Part shown: in pieces, positions 48,459 through 57,552 of the stretch
Layout: each line of letters opens with the position of its first letter
Position numbering within the stretch: the stretch's first letter is position 1
Origin: Candidatus Binatia bacterium
GTDB lineage: Bacteria > Desulfobacterota > Binatia > UBA9968 > CAXXLF01
Assembly: GCA_963664015.2 (NCBI GenBank)
Contig: CAXXLF010000001.1
Coordinates: 416,001-480,000 of the forward strand
Direction: 5' to 3'
DNA length: 64,000 nt
The notes under the pieces: model-generated
The model's database searches: none
What the model saw: only the letters and a program-made list of their open reading frames with translations
Told to the model about the DNA's origin: nothing
Program-made: the position numbers and the translations under genes

Positions 48459-49205
48459 ATGATAGAAGTAGTCGACCTACATAACAGCTTTAAAGGTCAA
48501 GAGGTCCTGAAGGGCGTGAATCTCAAGTTCGAGCCGGGAAAGATCACCACAATCATCGGCGGCAGCGGCGCCGGGAAGACGGTCCTGCTCAAGCACCTGA
48601 ACGCCCTGCTGCTTCCGGACCGGGGTACGGTACTTGTTGATGGGGTGAATATCACCAAGCTCAGACAAAAGGCCCTCAACCGGGTCCGCAACCGATTCGG
48701 TGTGCTCTTTCAAGGGGCCGCGCTCCTCGACTCCATGACGGTCTACGACAACGTAGCCTTCCCCTTGCGGGAAAAGACGGGAATGAGCGAGACGCAGATT
48801 CGAGAGAAGGTAATGGACCGATTGGAGCAGGTCGGCCTGGAACGCTGGGGCTACAAGTATCCCGCCGAGGTGAGCGGTGGAATGAAAAAGCGCTGCGGAC
48901 TGGCGCGCGCGCTGGTGGAGGATCCGGAGATCGTGCTCTTCGACGAGCCCACCACCGGCCTGGATCCCATGTTGGCCAAGAGCATCCACGAACTGATCGG
49001 AGTTACGCAGGCTCATTTCGGATATACCGGGATCGTTGTGAGCCATGATATCCCGGAGGTATTCGAGATCTCACACATCGTGGCCATGTTAGCCAACGGC
49101 GTGATCGAGGAGATCGGCCCTCCGGAACAAATCCAGAACTCCCAGAGTCCAATTATTCAACAGTTTCTTAGAGGCGAGACCAAAGGTCCCATGGTAGTCT
49201 TGTAG
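48459..49205 (+). CDS. mlaF: MlaF ABC ATP-binding protein
   Basis: GGSGAGKT, LFQGAALLDS, SGGMKKR, DEPTTGLDP. Confidence 0.92.
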   Translation: MIEVVDLHNSFKGQEVLKGVNLKFEPGKITTIIGGSGAGKTVLLKHLNALLLPDRGTVLVDGVNITKLRQKALNRVRNRFGVLFQGAALLDSMTVYDNVAFPLREKTGMSETQIREKVMDRLEQVGLERWGYKYPAEVSGGMKKRCGLARALVEDPEIVLFDEPTTGLDPMLAKSIHELIGVTQAHFGYTGIVVSHDIPEVFEISHIVAMLANGVIEEIGPPEQIQNSQSPIIQQFLRGETKGPMVVL

Positions 49206-49216
49206 GAGCCCCATCC

Positions 49217-49672
49217 ATGAATCAGACACGGATCGATATACTCGTCGGCATCTTTGTTCTTGTCGGTATCGTTAGCCTGGGCTACCTCGCCGTTCGGCTG
49301 GGAAAGCTGGAGCTCATGGGTACCCGCGGATACCTTCTCCAAGGCGACTTCGCCTCGGTTGCCGGCCTCAAGATCGGAGACTCGGTTGAGATAGCAGGGG
49401 TAAACGTAGGCCGGGTGGTATCCATCGGCCTGGCAGACGGGCGGGCCCGGTTGGGCTTTCGTATCGACCCGGACATTAAAATTCAAGAGGACGTAATTGC
49501 ATCGGTTCGTTCCCGCGGGCTGATCGGCGACAAGTTCGTCCTGCTCAGCCTGGGAGCCTCCGATCGTTACCTCAAGAACGGGGAAAAAATTCGTGAGACC
49601 GAGTCCCCTCCGGATCTCACAGAGGTCCTGGGCAAATTCATCGGGGGCGATCTCACCTCAAGAGGAAAATGA
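49217..49672 (+). CDS. mlaD: MlaD/MCE protein
   Basis: N-terminal TM, GLKIGDSVEIAGVNVGRV, GLIGDKFV. Confidence 0.9.
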   Translation: MNQTRIDILVGIFVLVGIVSLGYLAVRLGKLELMGTRGYLLQGDFASVAGLKIGDSVEIAGVNVGRVVSIGLADGRARLGFRIDPDIKIQEDVIASVRSRGLIGDKFVLLSLGASDRYLKNGEKIRETESPPDLTEVLGKFIGGDLTSRGK

Positions 49673-49816
49673 AGCCTCCACGGGCTTACGCCCGTGGTAT
49701 CTTTCCTTATCTTCGGCGGAATCCTCCGAAGCACCTACCTTCGCCAAGGCTAGGGTAGGTCCGACCATCGCATTCATCCATCGGTCATGCCCAAGTCTTA
49801 TGCGAAGGCGGATAAT
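49669..49816 (+). repeat. Palindromic dispersed element, copy 2
   Basis: atgaagcctccacgggcttacgcccgtgg...ttcggcggaatcctccgaagcacc...gaaggcggata. Confidence 0.85.
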
Positions 49817-49833
49817 CGGCCTGAATTGGGTCC

Positions 49834-52410
49834 TCACTCATAGCCCACCGCCGCTACCACATTGGTCGAAGCGGCCTCCCGCGCGGGGAAATACGCGGCC
49901 AGCAGACATAGAACGACCGCCAGAATCACACAGACCGAGGCCTCCCCATAGGGGTAGTAGTATTGAAAAGTCCAGCCCGTAAGGACCTTCGTGTTGTAGA
50001 CCACGTGGTGGTAAGAGATCACCGTACCTGAAATCACTCCCAACAATCCGCCAATTAGACCCATCCATCCCGCCTCGGCCACGATCATCGTCTTGATCTG
50101 GCCCTCGGTAGCGCCGATGGCCCTGAGCACGCCGATCTCGCGACGCCGGTCCAATACCGAGGCGAGCAGCGTATTGATCACGCTGAGTAGAGCCACGACG
50201 ACAGCCACGATAAGCACCGCATAGTTCACCTGGAAGGACTGTTCCATGATATCCACAACCTCATCCCTCAGCTCCCTATGGGTGCTGACAAAGAGTTGGT
50301 ACTGCTCACCGTAACCACTTTTCACGGCATCGATGACCCGTTGCTCGTTGGCCCCCGGCTCCAACCAGAGATCAAAGGCATCCACGAGATCGTCCCCCCA
50401 GAACTGTTTGTATAGCGCGCGGTCGATAAGCACGCTGCCCGAATCCGAAGAGTAGTCTACGTAAACGCCAAGGACCGGGAAAACCCTCAGTCCCGAAGGC
50501 GTAACCAACTCGATGGCATCGCCCGCACCCTTCTTGAAGCGGCTTTTAAAGCTCTCGCTCACGATTACCCCTGCGCCCTCGGCCATCTGGCTCAAGGCCC
50601 GCTCCCGATCTCCTTCCACCATGGGTAGGGCGCGCTCCGAGGCTGAGACTCGCGCCGAGAAAGACTCGATGAGGATGGGTTTCCCCTCATAAGTGGAACG
50701 GATCAGACGATAGAGATCGACGATACGCACTCCCGGCAGCGCACCAAGGGGCCGGGCCAGATCTTCCTTTAAAGGAACGTTCAACGGGCCCGCTGTCCGC
50801 GCACTGGAACTAACAATGAGATCCGCCGTGACCATCTGATCGACCCAGGAGATCAGGGAGCCCCGCACACTGTGGATGAAGGCCGTAATAATGAATATCG
50901 ACGATAAACTGATCATCAGTGTTGCCACAGTGATACCGCAGCGAACCGGGCTTCGCGCCAGGTGTTCCATGCCGAGGCGCCCTGCGACCCAACCCAACCG
51001 CTGGGTGAAAAAGCGCGTCAAGCTAACGCTACCGAGTACGAAAAGGGGCGATAGAAACAACAGGCCCAACAAAAAGATCAAGGCCGCCATCATTCCCAGG
51101 GTAAACCGATGCATCCCGCTCCACTCGGCGGGCGAATAGAACCACAGGGGCAACGAGAGCAAGAGGAGTGAAACTCCCAGGACAGTTAATTTGAGTGGCA
51201 TACGAGATCGGGGGCTCCAGGCCGCCTGCCGATAGTTTTCCAGTGGGCTCACGCCCATGGCCTCCCATGCGGGTTGCACTGCCGCAAGCAGAGCTACTCC
51301 CAGGCCGCAGCCAAGCCCGAGCCACAGGTCTCCGAGAGAAAAGGCGGTTCGCTGGAGGTCGACCTGTTGAAAAAGATTACTCACCGCTTGCCCCGTAACC
51401 AGGACAGCCACCTTGGCCAGAAGGACGCCAAAGAGCACCCCGACCAGAGAGCCCAGCAGAGACATCCCCAGGGATTCGACCATTAACAGGCCGAGGATAT
51501 CGCGTCGCAAGACACCGAGACAGCGCAGGGTTCCTATCTCACGCTTACGCTGCACGACGGAAATGGAAATCGTGTTGTAGATCAGGAAAAACCCGACGAA
51601 CAGGGCAATCAAACTGACAAAAAACAATCCGACGCGAAAAGAGGTCAGCAAAAATTCGATCTGTTCTCCGCGCTCCTTGGGACGCTCCACGTGCGCGGCC
51701 CCGTTCAGACGCGAGGCAATCCGTTCCTTGACCCTTTCAATCGCCTCGCCTTTCACCAGCGTCACATCGACAATGTCGATCTTGCCCTCCTTACCGAGGG
51801 CGATCTGGGCAACCGGCAGGTCCATCAGCGCAAAGTTACCACCAAAGACTTTGGCCACTCCTTGCTCCTTGAGTAGGGCACGAACCGTATACTGGCGAAC
51901 CCCGCGGCTGGTGCTGAGTGTCAGCTTGGCACCGTCAGGAAGGTTGAGGCGGCGTGACACAGACTCGGTCAAGGCAATGGAATCGGACCGAGCGATAAAG
52001 TTCATGGCCCTGTCCATATCAAAAGGTAAGCCGCTAAACTCATAGTCTCGGATAAAGGAATCGGTGAGGAGATCGACACCGAAGACGAAGAGCCTTTCAC
52101 CTTCGAACCCAACCACGGGCAGGAATCCTTGCACCACCGGTGCCGCGCTATCCACGCCTTCGGTGTCGCGAATCATTGGATAGAGGGATTCCCGGACACC
52201 GCTGCCCGCGTTCACCACCTGGAGAACCGCCTTACCCGCCACCAGGTCGATGGTGCGTTGAAAGGAGTCCGACAGGGTCCGGTTGACGATGGAGATGGAA
52301 GTAATGACGGCCACACCCAGAGCGATTCCAAGCAACGTGAGACAGGTGCGCAGTCGATGATGCTTTAGGTGAGAAAATGTGATCGAGTTGAGGAGCCTAA
52401 CGGCGACCAT
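49834..52410 (-). CDS. FtsX/MacB-like ABC permease (double-length)
   Basis: GIALGVAV, QRKREIGTLR.LG and RRREIGVLRAIGA repeats. Confidence 0.9.
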   Translation of the reverse strand: MVAVRLLNSITFSHLKHHRLRTCLTLLGIALGVAVITSISIVNRTLSDSFQRTIDLVAGKAVLQVVNAGSGVRESLYPMIRDTEGVDSAAPVVQGFLPVVGFEGERLFVFGVDLLTDSFIRDYEFSGLPFDMDRAMNFIARSDSIALTESVSRRLNLPDGAKLTLSTSRGVRQYTVRALLKEQGVAKVFGGNFALMDLPVAQIALGKEGKIDIVDVTLVKGEAIERVKERIASRLNGAAHVERPKERGEQIEFLLTSFRVGLFFVSLIALFVGFFLIYNTISISVVQRKREIGTLRCLGVLRRDILGLLMVESLGMSLLGSLVGVLFGVLLAKVAVLVTGQAVSNLFQQVDLQRTAFSLGDLWLGLGCGLGVALLAAVQPAWEAMGVSPLENYRQAAWSPRSRMPLKLTVLGVSLLLLSLPLWFYSPAEWSGMHRFTLGMMAALIFLLGLLFLSPLFVLGSVSLTRFFTQRLGWVAGRLGMEHLARSPVRCGITVATLMISLSSIFIITAFIHSVRGSLISWVDQMVTADLIVSSSARTAGPLNVPLKEDLARPLGALPGVRIVDLYRLIRSTYEGKPILIESFSARVSASERALPMVEGDRERALSQMAEGAGVIVSESFKSRFKKGAGDAIELVTPSGLRVFPVLGVYVDYSSDSGSVLIDRALYKQFWGDDLVDAFDLWLEPGANEQRVIDAVKSGYGEQYQLFVSTHRELRDEVVDIMEQSFQVNYAVLIVAVVVALLSVINTLLASVLDRRREIGVLRAIGATEGQIKTMIVAEAGWMGLIGGLLGVISGTVISYHHVVYNTKVLTGWTFQYYYPYGEASVCVILAVVLCLLAAYFPAREAASTNVVAAVGYE

Positions 52411-53077
52411 GGTCCTCCGCAATCGAGCCGTCGCTCAAATGGATGACCCGATGGCCGTAACCCGCTGCCGCAGGGTTGTGTGTGACCATGACCACCGTAC
52501 AGCCTTCTTCGCGGTTGATGCGTTGAATCAGTTCGAGAATGGCCTCGCCGGTCTTGGAATCCAGGTTGCCTATAGGCTCGTCGGCCAGGAGGATGGGAGG
52601 TGTGAACACCAGCGCACGAGCGATGGCGATACGCTGGTTCTCACCGCCGGAAAGCTCTTCGGGAAGATGGTCCAGGCGTGAGGTGAGTCCGACGCGATCG
52701 AGCAGGCCCTTCGCCCGGTTTCTGGCCTTGGCCCTCGACTGCCCGTCCAAGATCAACGGGAGCATGACGTTTTCCTGGGCGGTCAGGGTCGGCAGCAGAT
52801 TGAAGAATTGAAAGACAAATCCGATTTTTTGCCGTCTAAAAAGGGTCAGGGGCGTGTCGGGCATCTGCGAGATGATACGTCCGGCGACCATCACTTCTCC
52901 AACCGTCGCTTGATCCAATCCCCCCATGAGATGAAGCAAGGTACTTTTGCCCGATCCGCTGGCCCCCATGATGACGGTAAACTCTCCCTCTGGGATTTGC
53001 AGGGAGACCCCCGCCAGCGCCGAGACCTCGTTCTTGCCTTGTCGGTAAACCTTTCGAACGTTGAACAAGCGGATCAT
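52397..53077 (-). CDS. LolD-like ABC ATP-binding protein
   Basis: GASGSGKS, GFVFQFFNL, LSGGENQR, ADEP. Confidence 0.92.
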   Translation of the reverse strand: MIRLFNVRKVYRQGKNEVSALAGVSLQIPEGEFTVIMGASGSGKSTLLHLMGGLDQATVGEVMVAGRIISQMPDTPLTLFRRQKIGFVFQFFNLLPTLTAQENVMLPLILDGQSRAKARNRAKGLLDRVGLTSRLDHLPEELSGGENQRIAIARALVFTPPILLADEPIGNLDSKTGEAILELIQRINREEGCTVVMVTHNPAAAGYGHRVIHLSDGSIAEDHGRR

Positions 53078-53121
53078 GGTCAAAGAATCATTCGGACGGA
53101 AGCCGGGGAATCGAGTGCCCC

Positions 53122-53508
53122 TCAGTCAGCGCCGTTCCCCGTATTACGGGTCAAATGAGGTGCGCGTAAGTTAGGCATGTCACCGCCGTCATGAGTGAAA
53201 GCCTCTACCTCTTTCAAGTGGCGCTGGACGGTTTCCATAAACGAATTTAGATCGACCCCTTGGTACATGAATCCATAGGGCGCGAGCTTGTCCAGGCCCG
53301 AGCGCATGAGCTTGAGGGTCCCCATGGGGACGTTTTGCTCCCATTTAAAATAGGCCGCCGCGATCTGGATAATGCCCTGGTAGAAATCCCGGTCCTCGCC
53401 GTGCTCTTCCAGCCAGATCTCCTCCAGCGTCTCGTGGCATTCGAAAAAGAGCTCCCCGTTGAACTCCTCGATCCCTTTGAGAAAGCGTGCGTCCGGTGTA
53501 TTCTCCAT
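53122..53508 (-). CDS. DUF309 family protein
   Basis: FNGELFFECHETLEEIW, QGIIQ; true start at ATG 53508, the upstream ORF extension is repeat DNA. Confidence 0.85.
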   Translation of the reverse strand: MENTPDARFLKGIEEFNGELFFECHETLEEIWLEEHGEDRDFYQGIIQIAAAYFKWEQNVPMGTLKLMRSGLDKLAPYGFMYQGVDLNSFMETVQRHLKEVEAFTHDGGDMPNLRAPHLTRNTGNGAD

Positions 53509-53692
53509 GAAGCCTCCACGGGCCTGGGCCGAGGTATCCTTCATTTCTTCGGCGGAATCCGTCGAAGCACCTACGTTCGCCAAGGCTACGGCAGGTCCGA
53601 CAGTCGCATCCATCCATGGGTTCATTCAACCTTCGTAGCCGTAGGCTATTACGGCGGAGTAGGCCGCCCATGGTTTTCTGGAAAGGCGGATT
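53507..53692 (+). repeat. Palindromic dispersed element, copy 3
   Basis: atgaagcctccacggg...ttcggcggaatccgtcgaagc...ccttcgtagccgtagg...aaggcggat. Confidence 0.85.
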
Positions 53693-53757
53693 GACTTGAC
53701 ATCCCGTCGTGAGTGGTCTACTCACTTCCTTCGTTTATAGCATGGGCCTCGGGAACA

Positions 53758-55056
53758 ATGACAGAGACTGAAGAACCAGGCGCAGAAATTCGCCTCGATA
53801 TCGATTCACTGACCTACGGGCTAAATGGTATCGGCCGCGATCAGGGTCGCGTCGTGCTCGTCCCGGGCACCGCTCCCGGCGACAGGGTCGAGGTTCGAAT
53901 CACCGAAGCTAAAAAGAACTACGCCATTGGCGCAGTGACCCGCTTGCTCAAACCCGCCGCCGTGCGGCGGCAGCCCCCCTGCCCTTACGCTGGTAACTGC
54001 GGGGGATGTCCCTGGCAGCACATCGAGTACGAGGCCCAGCTCGCCGCCAAAGAAAAGTGCATCGAAGACGCGCTGCGTCGCATTGGAAAGCTGAAAGACT
54101 TCGAAATGCATCCCATCCTCCCGTCACCGAAGGAATTTCGCTACCGGCGCCGCATTCGCCTGCACTGTGACGTCGACAGAAGACTTGGTTTCCACCGCGC
54201 CGCAACCCACGAAGTGGTAGAGATCGATTCCTGCTTAATCGCGGACCTCAAGGCGGAAAAAAACCTTGCGACGGCCCGCACGTGGGTCCGTGGGTTGAAG
54301 ACCGAGATCCGTTACCTGGAAATCGTGGTCGGGGACCTGGGCAAAAAGGCCATGCTGGTGGGCAAAGCGGAAGGCGCATTTCATCCCGATGACGATGGAC
54401 TGTGTAAAGAACTATTGGAACAGGTTCATCAGGTGGGCGGCCTGATTCTTTCAGGACCGGGCTGGCGGCAATCCTGGGGCGAGGCGACCACCCTTATTCG
54501 CCTGGATAGCGGCTCTTGGGCCGAGGTGGATGGCGACATCTTCATGCAGGTCAACCGGGAGGCCAACCATCGCCTCGTCGACCAGGTCCTCAGCTGGGGC
54601 GAATTGGGGCCCGCGGACCGGCTGCTCGAGCTCTATTGCGGCGCGGGGAACCTCACCTTGCCCATGGCCCGCTTGAGCCGGGAGGTCGTGGCGGTGGAGC
54701 GAAACCGCCGCTCCATCGAGAGCGGAAAGAAAACCGCCCGGTTCAACCGGGCGGAAAATATTCACTGGGTCTGTACCGATGTCTTGAAGGCCGTAAGCCG
54801 GATGGCCAAGAGGGAAGAATGCTTTTCCAAGATCATCCTGAACCCGCCCCGAGCGGGAGCTAAGGGACTGGATCAGGACCTGCCGTCCCTGAAGGCCGAA
54901 AAGATATTTTATGTCTCCTGCGACCCGGCCACTTTGGCCCGTGACCTGCAGGCCCTGACCCGCAAGGGTTATCGCCTCACTCGCATCCAACCTATGGATC
55001 TGTTTCCGCAGACTTTCCACGTAGAGACCCTCGCCGAACTGGATCGCGTCTTTTAA
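53758..55056 (+). CDS. rlmD: 23S rRNA m5U1939 methyltransferase (TRAM + 4Fe-4S)
   Basis: TRAM domain, CPYAGNCGGC, ELYCGAG, NPPRAG, YVSC.P.TLARD, DLFPQT.HVE. Confidence 0.88.
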   Translation: MTETEEPGAEIRLDIDSLTYGLNGIGRDQGRVVLVPGTAPGDRVEVRITEAKKNYAIGAVTRLLKPAAVRRQPPCPYAGNCGGCPWQHIEYEAQLAAKEKCIEDALRRIGKLKDFEMHPILPSPKEFRYRRRIRLHCDVDRRLGFHRAATHEVVEIDSCLIADLKAEKNLATARTWVRGLKTEIRYLEIVVGDLGKKAMLVGKAEGAFHPDDDGLCKELLEQVHQVGGLILSGPGWRQSWGEATTLIRLDSGSWAEVDGDIFMQVNREANHRLVDQVLSWGELGPADRLLELYCGAGNLTLPMARLSREVVAVERNRRSIESGKKTARFNRAENIHWVCTDVLKAVSRMAKREECFSKIILNPPRAGAKGLDQDLPSLKAEKIFYVSCDPATLARDLQALTRKGYRLTRIQPMDLFPQTFHVETLAELDRVF

Positions 55057-55071
55057 CCAGTGGCGGGGAGC

Positions 55072-55330
55072 TAGACGTCAGAAATCAGAGATCAGAGGTC
55101 GGAGATCGGCGCGAGCCAGAAGTCAATGGTCATTAGTTATTGGTCAATGGCAAAGGCGGCAAAGCGTTAAGATTCAAGCGACTAGTGTTAAGTGTTGAGG
55201 GAATGAAGGGGGTAGGGTGTTGAGCCTAGCGAGTAATTCCGGACCCAATACCCTAGACCCAACCCCCTGCACCTCTTCTGAGAACTGATTACTTAACACT
55301 CATCACTGTCCGCGCTTGGCGCTTCGCACC
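55072..55330. repeat. Nested inverted-repeat cassette
   Basis: Heptamers; agtgttaagtgttgag / acttaacactcatcact; gggggtaggg / ccctagacccaaccccc. Confidence 0.7.
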
Positions 55331-55337
55331 AAATCAT

Positions 55338-55479
55338 AAGCGGCCTACGGCTACGAAGGCCGGATAAAGAAATGGATGGATGCGACTGTCGGATCTGCCG
55401 TAGCCTTTGCGAAGGTGGGTGCTTCGGCGGATTCCGCCGAAGGAAGGATACATCGGGCATGTGCCCGTGAAGGCTTCAT
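55338..55479 (-). repeat. Palindromic dispersed element, copy 4
   Basis: Reverse complement reads atgaagccttcacgggc...ttcggcggaatccgccgaagc...ccttcgtagccgtagg. Confidence 0.85.
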
Positions 55480-56414
55480 GGCTTCCGGCTTACTGGGGGA
55501 AGGATCTTGAGTTGGATACGGAGTTGCACAGGCCCTGTAGCACCCAAGGCGGGCTCGGCGGGGACGATTTGACCGGTTTTTACAGTGCCCATAGAGGCCA
55601 GTTCCGATTTGAACCGTTCGAACTGATCCGCGGGTAGGATGATCCAGAGGGTTTGAGGCTGTAGGGAAGATTCGGGTTTTTGTTTCTTGACCGCGTCTGC
55701 AAATTGTAGTCTCTGCCCGTTGAAGCTTTTGACCAGTGGGACGATTCTCTCCTGGACTAGTCCCTCGCCCTCCTCTTGACTCCGGAGCTGCAATACCAGC
55801 TCGAACCGGCCGGCCAGACTGGTCGCCGCCTCTTTTTTCTCCGCCCTTAGTGTGGCCGATGACTGACGCGTCTCTTCGAGCAGGGCATTTTGCGACCTTA
55901 GCGTACCAGCGGAAGCAACCTGATCATCGAGCCTGGCTCGTTCCTGTGACAGGGCTAATGGCACTGCGGCCCGTGGCGCTTTAGCCAGGTCCGTCTCCCT
56001 AAAATCCTCGCCCTCGGTCGTGGGCGCCTTGACCGGTGCCGTCTCTGAAATCTTTCGCTGCGGCATCTCGTTTTTCTGATAAACATAGATGCCCAGGATA
56101 CCGACAAGGAGCAGCATCGCAGCCTGCAGCGCCACCTTGATTCTGAACGGTAAGAAGAGTCGCTCCCAGAGACCAGGTCTTGCCGCCTCTTCCCGCACCT
56201 GGACCATAACCCGTCGCGAGAAACCCGGTGGGGGCTCCACCGACGGCAGGTTCCCCACGCTCTTGATCGTGTCGGCCAGGGATTCCGATTCAGCCAGGCA
56301 GATGGGGCAGAGATAGAGGTGATCTTCCACCGCCCTGTGTCGTCCGGATTCGAGATTACCCTCCAGGTAGTCGGAGAGCCAGGCCTGGATCTCTTCACAT
56401 TCTTTTACTGCCAT
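55476..56414 (-). CDS. Anti-sigma factor (zf-HC2 + TM + periplasmic domain)
   Basis: C..I...LS.YL.G.L......VE.HL..C..C, central TM. Confidence 0.85.
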   Translation of the reverse strand: MAVKECEEIQAWLSDYLEGNLESGRHRAVEDHLYLCPICLAESESLADTIKSVGNLPSVEPPPGFSRRVMVQVREEAARPGLWERLFLPFRIKVALQAAMLLLVGILGIYVYQKNEMPQRKISETAPVKAPTTEGEDFRETDLAKAPRAAVPLALSQERARLDDQVASAGTLRSQNALLEETRQSSATLRAEKKEAATSLAGRFELVLQLRSQEEGEGLVQERIVPLVKSFNGQRLQFADAVKKQKPESSLQPQTLWIILPADQFERFKSELASMGTVKTGQIVPAEPALGATGPVQLRIQLKILPPVSRKP

Positions 56415-56980
56415 TTTTTCCCGCCAAAATGGGACGAGAGTTTGTCTTTGAGCGCCTGCCGCGCGCGATGCAACCGCGGCTTGACCGTTCCAAGCGGCAC
56501 ATCGAGTAGCGTCGCAATCTCCTCGTAGCTTACCTCCTGCAGGTCGTGGAGAACGATCAGTAGCGCGTCATCGGCCTGGAGACGGCTGAGCCCCTGCTGA
56601 ACTAGATCGTGAAGCTCGCGCTGCTCGACTTCCTTGGCCGGGTCCAACGGCGAATCGTCGGCTGGATCCGAGTGCTCCGCTGCCTCCTGGCGCTGCCTGG
56701 CCAAAGCCAGGCTCTTTTGACGGTTCTTTGCATGCTTCACGCCGATCCGATAGAGCCAGGTGGCAAAGCTCGAATCACCGCGAAAGCACTTGATGGCCCG
56801 AAACGCTGAGAGAAAGACCTCCTGGGCGACGTCAGAAGCCTCGTCGTAGTTCCCCAGCCAGCGGTAGAGCAGGTTAAAGATCCTCGTCTCATGGCGCCGG
56901 ACCAACACCCCAAAAACATCCGTATCCCCCGATTGAAACTTCTGGACGCACTCCCAGTCGCTAACCCCCTCATGATCCAT
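56405..56980 (-). CDS. ECF sigma-70 factor (RpoE-like)
   Basis: DVAQEVF, F.TWLYRI, SYEEIA.LL.VPLGTVK.RL.RAR. Confidence 0.9.
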   Translation of the reverse strand: MDHEGVSDWECVQKFQSGDTDVFGVLVRRHETRIFNLLYRWLGNYDEASDVAQEVFLSAFRAIKCFRGDSSFATWLYRIGVKHAKNRQKSLALARQRQEAAEHSDPADDSPLDPAKEVEQRELHDLVQQGLSRLQADDALLIVLHDLQEVSYEEIATLLDVPLGTVKPRLHRARQALKDKLSSHFGGKKWQ

Positions 56981-57025
56981 TAGACATTCGTTGGTCCCAA
57001 AAGGTTCCAGGAGTCTTCGACCCAA

Positions 57026-57436
57026 TTATTCGGCGGGCGGTAATTCCTGGAGTGCACGGTCATATAACTGGACGATATCCGGTAAGCGTTTGGAGAGTTC
57101 GGTCCCCACCACCGACGGGTCCACCGAATGGGCAATGTCCGAGTAGCCCGTATGCTCGATCAGGGCGGGAAGCTTGGTTTGAAGCTGGTCCATTACCCAC
57201 ACAAGAGGATTGGGGGATTTTGTCCTGTCAAAATTATGAGTTTCCCCTTTTCCTGTGGGGTCGTAATGATAATGAGGGCTATTTTTGAAGCAGTCGAAGC
57301 GGAGGAGCTCGACCTTTTTCTCGCTCCCGTTTCCAGAGACCCTTAAGCTCACACCAAAATCTCCTCCACCGGAGCGACGGGCCTCGACCATTAATTGAAC
57401 GCTACCACTTCCGAATTCGATCTTATTACAATCCAT
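57026..57436 (-). CDS. Conserved hypothetical protein
   Basis: ELLRFDCF..PHYHY motif; GGGGG RBS. Confidence 0.65.
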   Translation of the reverse strand: MDCNKIEFGSGSVQLMVEARRSGGGDFGVSLRVSGNGSEKKVELLRFDCFKNSPHYHYDPTGKGETHNFDRTKSPNPLVWVMDQLQTKLPALIEHTGYSDIAHSVDPSVVGTELSKRLPDIVQLYDRALQELPPAE

Positions 57437-57552
57437 AGCCCCCCCTTTGGCAAAAACCCCGGATTATACCGGGATGGGGAACAAAGATGTTGAACGGCCG
57501 ACCCGGTCTAATCGACGGCGGCCGACCCTAACAGGGACCGCCGTAGCAATCA

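Noticed and set aside
53509-53625. N-terminal extension of the DUF309 ORF
   Set aside because: Lies entirely within the dispersed palindromic element; the real start is ATG 53508.
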